Translations under genes and position numbers: made by a program
Assembly (NCBI RefSeq): GCF_001194135.2
Contig: NC_068984.1
Location: 4,684,694 to 4,748,693, forward strand
Direction: 5' to 3'
Source of the DNA: Octopus bimaculoides
Lineage: Eukaryota
Length of the DNA: 64,000 nt
Notes under the pieces: model-generated
The model's database searches: none
What the model saw: only the letters and a program-made list of their open reading frames with translations
What the model was told of the DNA's origin: nothing
Part shown: positions 1 to 13,854 of the stretch, in pieces
Position numbering within the stretch: the first letter of the stretch is position 1
How the letters are laid out: every line of letters begins with the position of its first letter

Positions 1-36
<36 letters not shown>

Positions 37-1255
37 CACGATAGGCTTCTTTCAGTTTCCATCTACCAAATCCACTCACAAGGCTTTGGTCGGATGGAGG
101 CTATAGTAGAAGACACTTGCCCAAGGTGCCACGCGCTGGGACTGAACTCGGAACCATGTGGTTGGTAAGCAAGCTACTTACCTTCCTTCTTGCCTTCCCT
201 CCTTCCTTCCTTCTTCCCATCCGTCCGTCCATCCATCCATCCTCTCTCCCATCCATCCATCCTCTCTCCTATCCATCCAGTGCATGTATGTGTGTGAAAG
301 AGAGAAACTGGATTTGATAAGCCTCTTCAGCAAAACTTTGAAGTCAGTCAGTGTCTGCTTTCGTATCTATATCTCTGTGAGTGTATGTGTGTGTGTGTGT
401 GTGTCTGTCTGTGTGTCTGTCTGTGTGTGTGTCTGTGTGTGTGTCTGTGTGTGTGTCTGTGTGTGTGTGTGTGTGTCTGTCTGTGAGTTTGTCTGTCTGT
501 GTCTGTTTGTGTGTGTGTGTACATGTCTGTCTGTATGTATGTCTGCCCGTGTGTCTGTATACATACGTACACACACACACTCACACGTTTGTGTATATCA
601 GTAGAGATGATATTCTGATTTGGCACGATGCCAATTTAACAAGGTGGGGGTGGGGTGGAAGAGGACACGGTTAAAGAATCAATATTGTTGTTGTATGTTA
701 GTCGTACTTATATGTTCATTGACCTGGAGTGGAGTGTGGTGGGTGAGGTGAGGTCAACTTTGAGCTGGATTTGAATTCAGGGCAAACAAAACAAACAGTA
801 AGATTCATTTACACGGGGTCTGCTTGTTTCCCTCTCTCCTTCTTTCTGTGTTTGGCTACATGTCCATGCATATATATTGAAGTATGTATATATATATCAT
901 CATCATCATCATCATCATCGTTTAACGTCCGCTTTCCATGCTAGCATGGGTTGGACGATTTGACTGAGGACTGGTGAAACCGGATGGCAACACCAGGCTC
1001 CAGTCTGATTTGGCAGAGTTTCTACAGCTGGATGCCCTTCCTAACGCCAACCACTCAGAGTATATATATCTTGATGCATTCGTGGTTGTGTGGTAACAAG
1101 CTTGATACCCAACCACATGGTTCCAAGTTCACTCCTACTGTATGGAACATGAAGCAAGTGTCTCCTATTATAGCCTTCGACTGGATTTGGGAGACAAGAA
1201 ATGAAAGAAGGCCATCATCTATGTGTGGGTGTGTGTGTGTATATATATATATGTA

Positions 1256-1296
<41 letters not shown>

Positions 1297-2446
1297 NNNN
1301 NNNNNNNNNNNNNNNNNNNNNNNNNNNNNNNNNNNNNNNNNNNNNNNNNNNNNNNNNNNNNNNNNNNNNNNNNNNNNNNNNNNNNNNNNNNNNNNNNNNN
1401 NNNNNNNNNNNNNNNNNNNNNNNNNNNNNNNNNNNNNNNNNNNNNNNNNNNNNNNNNNNNNNNNNNNNNNNNNNNNNNNNNNNNNNNNNNNNNNNNNNNN
1501 NNNNNNNNNNNNNNNNNNNNNNNNNNNNNNNNNNNNNNNNNNNNNNNNNNNNNNNNNNNNNNNNNNNNNNNNNNNNNNNNNNNNNNNNNNNNNNNNNNNN
1601 NNNNNNNNNNNNNNNNNNNNNNNNNNNNNNNNNNNNNNNNNNNNNNNNNNNNNNNNNNNNNNNNNNCTTCCACCATCGCTTGATGACCGTGTTGGTGTGT
1701 TTATGCCCTCGTAACTTAGCGGGTCGGCAAAAAGGGCTGATAGAATAAGTACTAGGCTTACAAAGAATAAGTCCTGGGGTCGATTAGCTCGACTAAAGGC
1801 GGTGCTCCAGCACGGCCACAGTCAAATGACTGAAACAAATGAAAGAATATATATGCTGGCATGGGTTGGACGGTTTGACTGAGGACTGGCAAGCCAGGAG
1901 GCTGCACCAGGCTCCAATCTAATTTGGTAAGGTTTCTACAGCTGGATGCCCTTCCTAACGGCAACCACTCCGAGAGTGTAGAGGGTGCTTTTTATGTGTC
2001 ACTGGCACGGGAGCCAGTCCTGTGGCACTAGCATCAGTCATACTTGAATGGTGCTTTTTATGTGCCACCGGCATGGGAGCCAGTCAAGTGACATCGGCCA
2101 CGACTATACATATATTCTTTTCTTTTATTCTTTTATTTATTTCAGTCATTTGATTGCGGCCATGCTGGAGCACCGCCTTTAGTCGAGAAAATCGACCCCA
2201 CGACTTATTCTTTGTAAGCCTAGTACTTATTCTATCGGTCTATTTTGCCGAACTGCTAAGTTATGAGGACATAAACACATCAATATCAATTGTCAAGTGA
2301 TGGTTGGGGGACAAACACAGAAACACAAACATTTACACACACACACGTATGCATGTGTGTGTGCCTGTTCATCTGTGAGTGTGTCATTTATCAGTTTAAA
2401 AATTTGTAAGTATAGAAATTTGTAGGTATAGAAATTATTTTGTATA

Positions 2447-2499
<53 letters not shown>

Positions 2500-2521
2500 G
2501 TGTATGCATGCATGCATGCAT

Positions 2522-3210
2522 GTCATTATTCAGTTTATTTCAAGATTTTTTGCCAATAGAGAAAGAACTAGTTTCTAACCTAGATCCAAGGTTCCTTCAT
2601 TGGAATTTCAACATCAACAACAGGGTATATTTGTTTGTGTGTGTGTATATATGTATGTATGTATGTGCAAATTTGCATGATTTATATCTGTATTTTCATG
2701 CACATAGTTGCATATCTAGACATTCTCATATATATTTAAATGATAAACTTATGGAAAGTTTTACAGATTTTTACAGTTCCAGTGATGGATTGGATCTGTA
2801 GTCTTCGAATTAGCTTTCTCTGGTTTTGAGAAGACTAATTTCTCAAGATTGGTATTTAGGCAGTGTGTTACATATCCCAGTGTCCCAATAATTACAGGTA
2901 CAAACCTGAACTTGTAATCTGGATAGAGTAATTGTAGATTTCTCAATAATTCAGCATAGGTATTCTCTTTTTTCACTGATCTTCAGCTTTATGTTAATAA
3001 CCGCTGGGCAGCTAATTTCCATAACCGTGCACAGTTTCTCTTCTCTATCCCAAATCACAATATCAGGTCTGTTGTGCTTATATTTTATTGAGGTCTTTAG
3101 TGAAACATTCCACCATTATTCCTTTTCATTATCAGTGGCTATGGCTTCTACCATATTGTGGGTTATTTCTTTGTCCTCGGCATTATCCTTCCAACGGATT
3201 TCACTATAGA
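2522..3210 (-). mobile_element. R4/Dong-like non-LTR retrotransposon 3' fragment (restriction-like endonuclease domain + 3' UTR)
   Basis: HNRPDIVIWDREEKLCTVMEISCP and [32 protein letters not shown]; flanked by TACA/TGCA-type microsatellite. Confidence 0.75.
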
Positions 3211-3479
3211 ATGTATGAATGTATGTATGTATGTATGTATCTATGTATGTATCTATGTATATGTGTGTATGTATGTATGTATGTATGTATGTACGTACGT
3301 GTCTATGTATGTATGTATGTACGTACGTGTCTATGTATGTATGTATGTACGTACGTGTCTATGTATGTATGTATGTATGTTACAGATATAGTAGCAACAT
3401 GGTCACGTACACAATCCATACAGATTTGATAATTAAATAACATGGTAATCAATAACTATTTTCGGACTCAGTTGCTGCT

Positions 3480-3513
<34 letters not shown>

Positions 3514-3527
3514 CTGCTGCTGTTGTT

Positions 3528-3558
<31 letters not shown>

Positions 3559-5357
3559 TTGTTGCTGCTGCAATTTGATCTACAGAAGTTAGTTGGCAGC
3601 TTGCTTCTCAATGTGTTGGGGGTTGGTTTATGAAATGCGACATTTGAATTAATAATTGTAAATGTTTTGACCCTGGAAGAAAGAAATTCACTTTTGGTTT
3701 AAATGGGGTTTGAACTGGGAAATGTGAAATCAACAATGTGATTACTTGAAATATTTTAGGTTTTCTTTTTTATAACATTAAAATTATATTTTTGTTAATG
3801 GTTTTGTCAGGAAATAGAGGGCAGCATCTAAGCCCTTTTTTGAGGGTCTCTAAGACTGCTGGAAGAAAATGCTTCTCTAAATTTGCTCATGGGCCAGGTG
3901 GAAGTATTAACAAGAGTACAACTGTTCCTGGCAGTTCATGATACATGCACACGCACACACATCCTCCACTATCTCCTCTTTACTACTTATACTCCTTTCA
4001 CTGTTCCCCTTCGATATGCCCCAATATATCTCCAGCATCAACTATTTCTCTTTCTCTCTCTCTCTGACTGACTGCCTCTCTTTCTCTCTCTCTCTGACTG
4101 ACTGCCTCTCTTTCTCTAACTCACTCTCCCCTCATCCTCCTTCCCTGTTCTACTGGAGTAGCCAATTATCTCTCTCCCTCTTTTACATTCTAACCTTCCA
4201 TCTGACTCTCAGCAACTCCCCTCGGTTCCACACCTTCTCTCAGCTGAAAGGCCTTTGTCTGGCAAGCTATTTGGTGACCCTGCTCGCGCCTTATAAAAAG
4301 CATCCATTTCACTCTATAAAGTGGTTGGTGTTGGGAAGGGCATCCAACCGTGGAGACCAAGCCAAAACAGCCAAATGGAACCTGGTGCAGCTCTCCGGCT
4401 TGCCAGCCCCTGTTGAATCATTCAACCCATGCCAGCAGGGAAAATGGACATTAAATGATGACCATGTTGTACATATATTCCCAAGGGGGCCTCTTGAGTT
4501 ATTGAAGTAAAATACAACAACCCTAAACCCCAAGAGACATTTCCTCACTTTCATTTAATGTCCACATTCCTTGCTCGCATGGGTTGGATATTTTGACAGG
4601 ATCCAACAATCTACCTTAGCATGGTTTCTATAGCTGGATGCCTCCCTAATGCTAACCAATTTTTCAGTGTGTACTGGCTGTGTTTTTTATGCCAACAACA
4701 CTAGTGAAGGTGCCATGTAACCTGCAACTTCCAAGAGTATGAGCCCCCAAGAGAGGCAGCTTCATTCTTGGAGACAAGGGGTTAAAGTATGAGAGAGGAG
4801 GACCAGAGTAGACTAGGGTTTTTTGCAGTAAAGGAGCTGCATGGCTACTCACATTTTAGAAGAGAGAGTGGCAGTGATTAGGTGGAACTGAAAACTGATA
4901 GATTTAATTAGTGGTGATGGGGTGTCTGTGTGGATGGTATTAGGCGAGTAGAAGTGGGTGGGGGTATTGGATAAAAGAACCAGTGGTGTGGGTGGTTGGG
5001 TAAAGATTACAAGAGTGTGTGGGACTGAGAGATGAGGAATGGTTAAAGGAGCAAATGCAATGAATGAAGAACAAGTTTCAGCTTGATATTCTGAAGTAGT
5101 CAGAACCATGTCTTCAAGATTGAATTCATTTTCTCTGTGGCTTATTTAAGATTTTTGATGAAATTAAGCACAGGTGTGGCTGTGTGGTAAGAAGTTTGCT
5201 TCCAAAGCACATGATTCCGGTTCAGTCTCACAGCATGGCACCTTGGGCAAGTGTCTTCTACTATAGTGAGAATTTACTATAAGGAAACAAAGGACGAAGA
5301 CGGGTGTGTAAAAAGCAAACAGATGTATTAGTTTAACGCTCAGGAAAGTGAGAAAGT

Positions 5358-5393
5358 CTTTTATGTTTCGAGCCTATGCTCTTTGACAGAAAG
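5358..5393 (-). ncRNA. Hammerhead-like motif with U6 core (family E copy 1, degenerate)
   Basis: CUUU-CUGUCAA-A-GAGC(AUAG)GCUC-GAAA-CAU-A-AAAG, within an approximately 200-bp repeat (5267-5470) inserted in a CORE-SINE. Confidence 0.55.
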
Positions 5394-5826
5394 GAACACA
5401 GAAATAAACAGGGAGAGAAAATAAAATAAAGATAAAATAAAGTTAGTGGGTAATCTATCATGGCGAGTGTGTACCTTGCTTTTTGTCTGTGTTTGTTCCC
5501 CACCACTGCTTGACAGCTGGCGTTGGTGTGTCTTTGTCTGCATAAGTTAGCAGTTTGGCAAAAGAGACTGATAGAATAAGTACCAAGCTTTACAAAGAAA
5601 AAAAAAACGTTCAGCTAAAACTCTTCAGGGTGGTGCCCCAGTATGGTCACAGTGTAATGCCTGAAACAAGTAAAGAAATAAAAAAGGGGCCATGACCATC
5701 CATTAATATTTCCAGATGTAGTTTCAGAAGTAATTTAATGACTGTAGAGGTTGAGATGGTTACTAAGAATGGAACTGTTTGGATTTTCAGATTTGATTCC
5801 TTTTATGTTTTTGCTTCTCATTGCAG

Positions 5827-5888
5827 AGTTCTTAAATTTAAAAGAGAAATTTGAAGAATGTGATAAAGATCTCCAGAGAGCCAACAAA
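5827..5888 (+). CDS. GRIPAP1: GRIPAP1 visible exon 1
   Basis: ttgcag|...|gtaagt; (E)[20 protein letters not shown]; phase 1 to 0. Confidence 0.85.
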
Positions 5889-6362
5889 GTAAGTTTTTCC
5901 CCCTCTTTTCACTTGTGACCTCAAAAATTCTGTGTGCTTCATTTACTATTCATTATTTTATTAATATTTGAAATTCTCCAAATATGTCCATTATTTCTTC
6001 GAAAGTATTTTCTTTTTTCTTTTTTTTTTTTACCTCAGAATTAATTTAATATTTTACTTAAGCTATGGAAATTATTATTCAGTGGCATTTTTTTTTTCCA
6101 GCTCTTTAATGGCCTGAGTTTGAATCCTACCAAGCTCAGCTTTGCCTTTCATCCTTTTGGGGTCCATAAAATACAGGGTCTGGTAACAGAACTAAAGCAT
6201 GCTGAGTGAAGCCACTTAACATGGATCCACCTTCAACTCTGTCGCACATGCTCACTAAGTCATAAAGTTCTTGCTCACTTTGGTTGTTTAAAGAGTGCAG
6301 AGTGTGGTCACCTCACAACACCGCAGAGAGTCCATCAGTGACCAGGGCAGAAAAAAAATGTG

Positions 6363-6410
<48 letters not shown>

Positions 6411-8208
6411 AAAGAGACGTGGCTTGGAGGTTATTATGGTCAAGAATCTCTCCAGAAAACAATTACCACTTGAAAGGTACCAGATTTCAAAATGTCAAAG
6501 AAATCTAAGAGACTTCAATGAGGCAGCTACTTGCTATCCTCAAAAAGGATTTCCAGGAATGCTTCCATCAATGAAAATGATGCTGGATAAAGTGTGTGGC
6601 TTCAGATGGAGATTAAATGCCGGGTTGATAAGTGTTGTAGTTCATTTTGGTAGCACCAGTCCTGATTCTTTTTGATCAGATCTTGTCAAGTACAGTGGGG
6701 GTTAATGCAATTGACTTGCTCCTCCCCTCAAAATTGCTGCTGCTGTACCAAAGATTAGAAACAATTATTATTGTTTAGAGAATTACTATTTTGATGATGA
6801 TGATGATGATATGGGTGAACCTTGGACACATTTATATGCACTTTTGTGTTGATTTCTCAACACCAATATTTTTGGTGTTTTTTTTTTATTTTTCCATGGA
6901 TATTTTCTTTTCTGTTTTAACATTTTTCTTTTCTTGTCTTTCAGGTGATCAACAAAAGCAAGAAAGCAAAGGTAATTAAATAAACATTTATTTGTTCGTT
7001 TTTGTAAAATTCCTGGAATGTCTTTATCCTTCAGTTGTTTCAGTCATTGGGCTCTTTAGTAATCACCCTTTTTAAAACCTGGTACTCATCCTGTTGAGCT
7101 GCTACGTTATAGGAATATAAATAAGGGTTCATTGAGACTAGGAGGTTGTGGATGTTTTTCATATCGAAGTACAAAAAAAATCCACAACCTTCCATCTCAA
7201 TAAACCCCTATTGTCCCTGAAAGTTGTTTTTTATATTTACTAGGGATTGCTTGAAGCTGACTTTCTCCCTACACTTTGATCCCTGGATCTTATATTCATA
7301 TATCACTTGTTCTTAATCTAGTGAATGCTGTGTGGAAGAGACGGAAATGGAGAAAATGAAATTATGTAGCCTGGATCTTATCTACCTCATTCCTTAACAC
7401 TGTCTGTCTGTCTGTCTGTCTGTCTGTATGTGTGTTTATGCATTCATTCATTCATTCATTCATTCATTTTTAATTGCTTTGGATCTTAGCGATCATGGTT
7501 ATCAACTCTGTAGCCTACAATTGATGTGTTCAAGCTGAATTCCTTCTAATATTTCTAGGGGCTGAATTTTCATTGCAGATTGTTTTTTTTTTCATCTTCT
7601 GATAGTTCAAAGATGTTTGATGAAATGGTGGGAAATTTAGCATATAAAATAATGATGTAATATATCAAGTGTAAAAAAAAATTGCTATGCTATTGTGAAC
7701 ATTTGTAGTATGAACTGAACTGTTGAAGTCATCTGCATTTATTTTATACATATGTATTTGTTTTTGTGACATATTTCTATTATATATATATATATATATA
7801 TATGTCCTTGTGAGTGGATTTGGTAGACGGAAACTGAAAGAAGCCAGTCATATATACATATATGTATGTATGTATGTGTGTGTATATGTTTGCATGTCTG
7901 CATTTGTCCCCCTCCCTTCCCCCAACATTGCTTAACAACCGATGCTGGTGTGTTTATGTCCGCCATAGCTTAGCAGTTCAGCAAAAGAAACCGATAGAAT
8001 AAGTACTAGGCTTACACAGAATAAGTCCCGGGGTTGATTTGCTTGACTAAAGGCGGTGCTCCAGCATGGCCGCAGTCAACTGACTGAAACAAGTAAAAGA
8101 ATAAAAGAACNNNNNNNNNNNNNNNNNNNNNNNNNNNNNNNNNNNNNNNNNNNNNNNNNNNNNNNNNNNNNNNNNNNNNNNNNNNNNNNNNNNNNNNNNN
8201 NNNNNNNN

Positions 8209-8273
<65 letters not shown>

Positions 8274-8516
8274 AAACTAACACTTCCTGAACTGAATCTG
8301 GACTTTCCAGTCGAGCGGTTTTTATCCGACTCATTGTCTACTCGTTATTTGTAATGACTGGAATCACATCTCAAAAGACCATAAATTCTGCTGGTCTTTT
8401 GAGATCTGAAATGCAAAATGTCAATGACAGAAGAAAGCAAAAAGAAAATCAGGAAAATTTCAAACAGCAAGATATTTTTTTAATCTTTTAGTTGTTTCAG
8501 TTAGTGGACTGAAAGT

Positions 8517-8550
<34 letters not shown>

Positions 8551-11500
8551 AAATGTGTCTCTCTACCTTTTTCTCTATCCTTGTCCTACTGAGGTAGCCA
8601 AGTATCCCTTCTATAGTAAGGCAACTAACGTCTCGCCTGGCACAGCCATTTCCCTCGGTTCCACATCCTTTCCCAGCTGAGGGGTCTTTCTTTGCCTTGC
8701 AAGCTACTTGGAAACCCCACTGGTGCTGGTGCCACATAGAAGGCACCTGTCCTTATTCCACATAAAGAACACCCAGTATATTCTGCAAAGTGGTTGGTGT
8801 TAGGAAGGGTATCCAGCTGTAGAAACCATGCCAAAGCAGGCAGTCGGAGCCTGGTGTGTCTCTCCAGTTTGCCAGCTCCTGTCAAACCGTCCAGCCCATG
8901 CCAGTCCATGGAAAATTGGCATTGATGATGATGATGATGATGTATGTGTCCCCTTCCCCTAGCATCATGTGATGATTGTAAACAAGCATCACTGTCATAC
9001 AAGCAGTGTTGTTTGTTTCCAGTCTTCTGTGAAAAAATAAAAAGAAAAAAACCTGGCCATGAGAAATATCCTGCCTGAAAACACGAGGGTTGGTGACTGA
9101 AAGGGCATCCAGCCATAGAAAATCTGCCTCAACAAATTTCATCTGACTCATGCAAGCTGGAAAAGTGGACATCAAATGGTGATGATAGTGATATACCACT
9201 GTCTGCTAAACTATTATTTATCCCCACCACCTCAGTCTTGTGAACAACACTAAATACAATGGACATCAATAAATATAATTAATGTGTGATTAACACCTAA
9301 ACTAGCCAATTATTCCCTTCATTTGTTGCTAATTCCTAACATTTGTGAACTGTACCATTCTGTTTTGGCTTTAATCCAGCTCACAAGAGCCACAAGAGAG
9401 TATTTATATTACTTGCTTCAGTTGATGGTACAATTACCAAATCTTAAAAGGGAAAAAATCCAAACAGTTGTCTTAAGTGCTAACACAATTCATTCTTCAT
9501 TCTAACACTTATGACAATGTTCTCATTAACCCGTTTGTTTTCATTAATTTTCTAAATGATGAAGATTTTAATAAAATAACTTTGTCATAATTAGCCCTTT
9601 TGATACCAGCCTACCTGAGACCATCCTTGGTTCTATGATAGAAATTTTCCTGTTTTTAGTGATCTTTCAAAATTTCATGTTAATCCAAATTTCAAATACC
9701 AGCTTAATGATGACAAAGTTATTTCACCAAATTCTTCATTATTTTCAAAATTAATTGAAACAAAAGCAGTGTATTTCAACAGAAATAACCTTACCCCTAA
9801 CCTCAACAAAATGGTTGAGTTGGTATTTAGAATATAAATCAACCTGACAGTTTAATGGAAGATTTAAATTTAGATTACTTTAAGACAGGAAGTTTGAATA
9901 TGAAAGAATTAGGAGCTGTTTCAGGTGGGTTGGTACCAAAAAATGGTTAAGATTGAGGTTTATGATATGAATGTTGGTTTTGGAAACTCAACATGTTCTT
10001 AGTCTGCTCTTATCAGTTCCCAATTAGACATTTTGTAATGGCAGCTAAATGAATGAACATTTTGGTATATATTTCTTATTGTAACCATCTTATTTTTATT
10101 CTGGTAAAGCTAAACTAAAATTTAGAACTTAGAACATTTGGTCTTTTAATGATGTTTAGGAAGGTTTATTACCTAAACTAACCAATTATTCCTTCCATTT
10201 GTTACTAATTCCTGACATAGGTGCAGGTGTGCTGTGTGGTAAGAAGTTTGCTTCCCAACCACATGGTTCTGGGTTCAGTCCCACTGCATGGCACCTTGGG
10301 CAAGTATCTTCTACTATAGCCTTAGGTTGACCAAAGCCTCGAGTGGATTTGATAGATGGAAACTGAAAGAAGCCTGTCGTATGTCAGTCTGTCTGTGTTT
10401 CTTTGTGTCTCTGTTTGTCCCTCACCACTGCTTGACATGTGCTGGTGTGTTCATGACCCCGTAACTTAGTAGTTTGGCAAAAGAAACCGATAAAATAAGT
10501 ACCAGGTTTAAAATAATAACAGGAGTTGATTCATTTGACTAAAATTCTTCAAGGCTGTGCCCCAGCATGACCACAATCTAGTAATTGAAACAAGTAAAAC
10601 ATAAAAGATTAAAGATTCCTCAACTCTACCATTCTGCTTTGGCTTTAATCCAGCTCACAAGAACCACAAGAGAATACTTATATTAATTACTTCAGCTGCA
10701 ACCACCAAATCTTGAAAAAATCCAATCAATTAATGTCTGCTTTTCCAAGCTCGCATGGCTCAGATGGAAATTTGTTGTGAAGAATTTTCTACAGCCTGGT
10801 GCTTTCCCTGTCACCAACCCTTCTGTTTCCAAGCAACGAAATGTTTTCCTTTGACCAGACTTTTTTTATGGAAGATTTGAAGTGAACCACTTTGCTTCTT
10901 AAACAATGACATTAATTTAGAAAAAATCACTTGATGTCTAAACAAGGGTCACACAGATGGCACACACATACAGCCACACACACATGCACAACACTGCACA
11001 CACACACATACAACACACACACAGCACCGCACACATACACACACACATACAGCACACACACACACTCACACTCACACTCATACACACACATACAGCACAC
11101 AAACATGCCCACAGATGTGTGTGTGTGTGTCTTATGTATTTGTAACCCCCCCCCATCTGACAACTGGTGTTGGTGTGTTTGCATCCCCATAACATAGCGG
11201 TTCACCAAAAGAGACCGATAGAATAAGTACCAGACTTAAACAAAAACACACAAAAACAAGAAGTTGGGGTTGATTCTTTCAACAAAAAAATTCTTCAGTG
11301 TGGTGCCCCAGCATGGCCACAGTCAAATGACTGAAACCAGTAAAAAATAAGAGATAACAGATTCCTTACGTTTCTTGCAATTTTTGTTTTTGTTTTTGTT
11401 TTTTTCTTCTATCTCACCATTGTTCCTTGTTTTTTCCCCCCCGTTTTTAGGATGTTGAGTTACTCATCCAAGAGAATGCAGGTTTACAAAGGAAGCTGCA

Positions 11501-11728
11501 AAGCCAGGAAGATGAATTTCGCTTACAGAACGAAACCCTTATGCAGGAATTATCTCATGTGAGTAGAAACGGTTCCATCTCTTTGCTAGAATTGTCTGCT
11601 GACCTTTGACATCTGTTCACAGGTGATAGTCAGGCCCTTTTTTTACCTGCTTTGGGGTGCAATTGTCTGTCTGTCTGAATATCAACAAAGGATAAAAGAT
11701 CATTACCACCGCCACCGCCACCACCACC

Positions 11729-11759
<31 letters not shown>

Positions 11760-11884
11760 CCATTCCCACCATCACCATCATCATCACCATTCCCACCATG
11801 ACCATCACCATCATCATCATCATCACCACCACCACCATCACCACCATCACCACCATCACCATCACCACCACCATCACAACTATC

Positions 11885-11916
<32 letters not shown>

Positions 11917-12056
11917 CATCAACTCTTGGCCATTACTGTCTTGAGTCCTGGGACTCCCAGAGTCAGCTACATGGTTTCCATGGCATATACGTGACCAAGG
12001 TCAGAATGCTTTCACAGAATCAACCAGAGCGAGTAAGATTGAGAGATTGTAAGAAG

Positions 12057-12099
<43 letters not shown>

Positions 12100-12349
12100 G
12101 TAATAATAATGATAATGATGATAATGATGATGTCTGTTTCTTTTTTTTTTTTTTTGTTTTTATACCTTTGCAGCTTGTTTCGTGCAATGAAGAATTAGAG
12201 AAACGACTCTCCTCTTCAAAAGATAAACCCAGTGGCCCCGATACCTCTTCATTTAGTTCTGCCATTATTAATGATCTCGAAGATGAAGTTCGACGAGTTC
12301 AAGCACAAAACTCAGCTCTGCAGAAAACTCTCAAAGGTTTCTCTTTCTT

Positions 12350-12380
<31 letters not shown>

Positions 12381-13822
12381 GATGTTATAGTCTTCTATAG
12401 ATTTTTATTTTTATTATTATTATTATTATTGAAGGCATAGAGCTGACAGAATCGTTAACATGCCAGACAAAATGCTTAGCGGTATTTCGTCTGTCTTTAT
12501 GTTCTGAGTTCAAATTCTGCCGAGGTTGACTTTGACTTTCATCCTTTCAGTGTTGATAAATTAAATACCAGTTATGCACTGGGTTCAATGTAATTGACTT
12601 AATCCCTTCCCCTCAAATTTGAGGCCTTATGCCTCCAGTAGAAAGAATTTTTATTTAATAAGATTGTGAGCTGGAAGAGTCATTAGCAAGCTGGGCTAAA
12701 AGCTGAGTGGCATTTTGCATGTCTCTACACCCTGAGTTCAAATTCTGCTGTGGTCAGCTTTACCTTTCATCCTTCCGGGGTCAATAACTACCAGTTGATC
12801 ACTGGAGTGGGAGGGGTCATTGTAATCAACTTAGCCCCTCCCTTGAAATTGCTGGCCTTGTGCCAAAATTTGAAATCAGTATTATCTTATTGCTTATATA
12901 TTGTGTGTGTACGGGGTTTCATCTTAAATAGGAGACCAGTGCACCATTGAGGGTCTTATTTGTGCTTTGCTGAAGGGCAGCAGTTGATCAGAGCTGGATT
13001 ATTTGTGTTTAGGATGCAGTTGTATCTAGGTTGTGAAGGTGAAATGTTCCAAGAAAGTTCATTATAGAATACGAGTTTTGACTTTTGTATATCTTTGAGG
13101 AGCACATTGTGCACTTCAGAGGGTAGCTTCTTTGAGAAGGACAAAAGAATAAGAGGAGAGGAGAGGGCATTGTCTTTGAGAAGGGCATGAGGTACAAGGG
13201 AGGGAAAATGCTTTGGGAAAGAATGTCTAGTGTCAGGAGAAGGCAATTATTTTGAGAGAGACATTCAGTTCAGGAGAGGACAGCTACTTTGAAGAGCACA
13301 TGGTGTATGGAGGGGAGAGACAGGGGTGAAGATCAGTTTGTTTGAAAAAGAGATGGAGTACAGAAGTGAGCAGGTACTTTAAAGAGTGCATAGGGTATAG
13401 GAAAGGGGAGGGTAGTTATTTTGAGAAGGGCTTAAGGTACAGGAGAGGGCAGATACTTTAACCCTTTAGCATTTAAATTAGCCTTATCAGGCCCAAATAT
13501 TCTGTTTTATATTCAAACCAGCCAGATCTAGCCTCTCACACCTTACCTGAAATGTCATTCTGAAAATAAACGATACAACATTATTTACATTATTTACATT
13601 ATTTTCTACATTTGATGGATACTTGTCCTCATCTTGTTTATTGTTAACACAACATTTCGGCTGATATATCCTCCAGCCTTCATTAGGTGTCATGGGGAAA
13701 TTTTGAACCTGGGCTCTCATTCCTAAGGTATTTTCCTGGTGTTATTATCATTATCATTATTATTTTTATTATTATTCAGGTCACTGCCTGGCCAAAATTT
13801 CGAGTAGGATACCAGACAGTGA

Positions 13823-13854
<32 letters not shown>

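Noticed and set aside
964-985. CTGAGGA-ctggt-GAAAC in the Ceph-type repeats (also near 25910 and 32992)
   Set aside because: Only 5 nt separate the core strands, so stem II cannot form; not scored as a hammerhead.
3442-3633. Candidate upstream GRIPAP1 exon (TQLLLL..)
   Set aside because: It is a (GTT/GCT)n tail of a minus-strand repeat, with no acceptor/donor or match to the expected N-terminus.
11623-11994. 123-aa poly-histidine ORF
   Set aside because: It is an intronic (CAT/CAC)n tract, not a His-rich protein.
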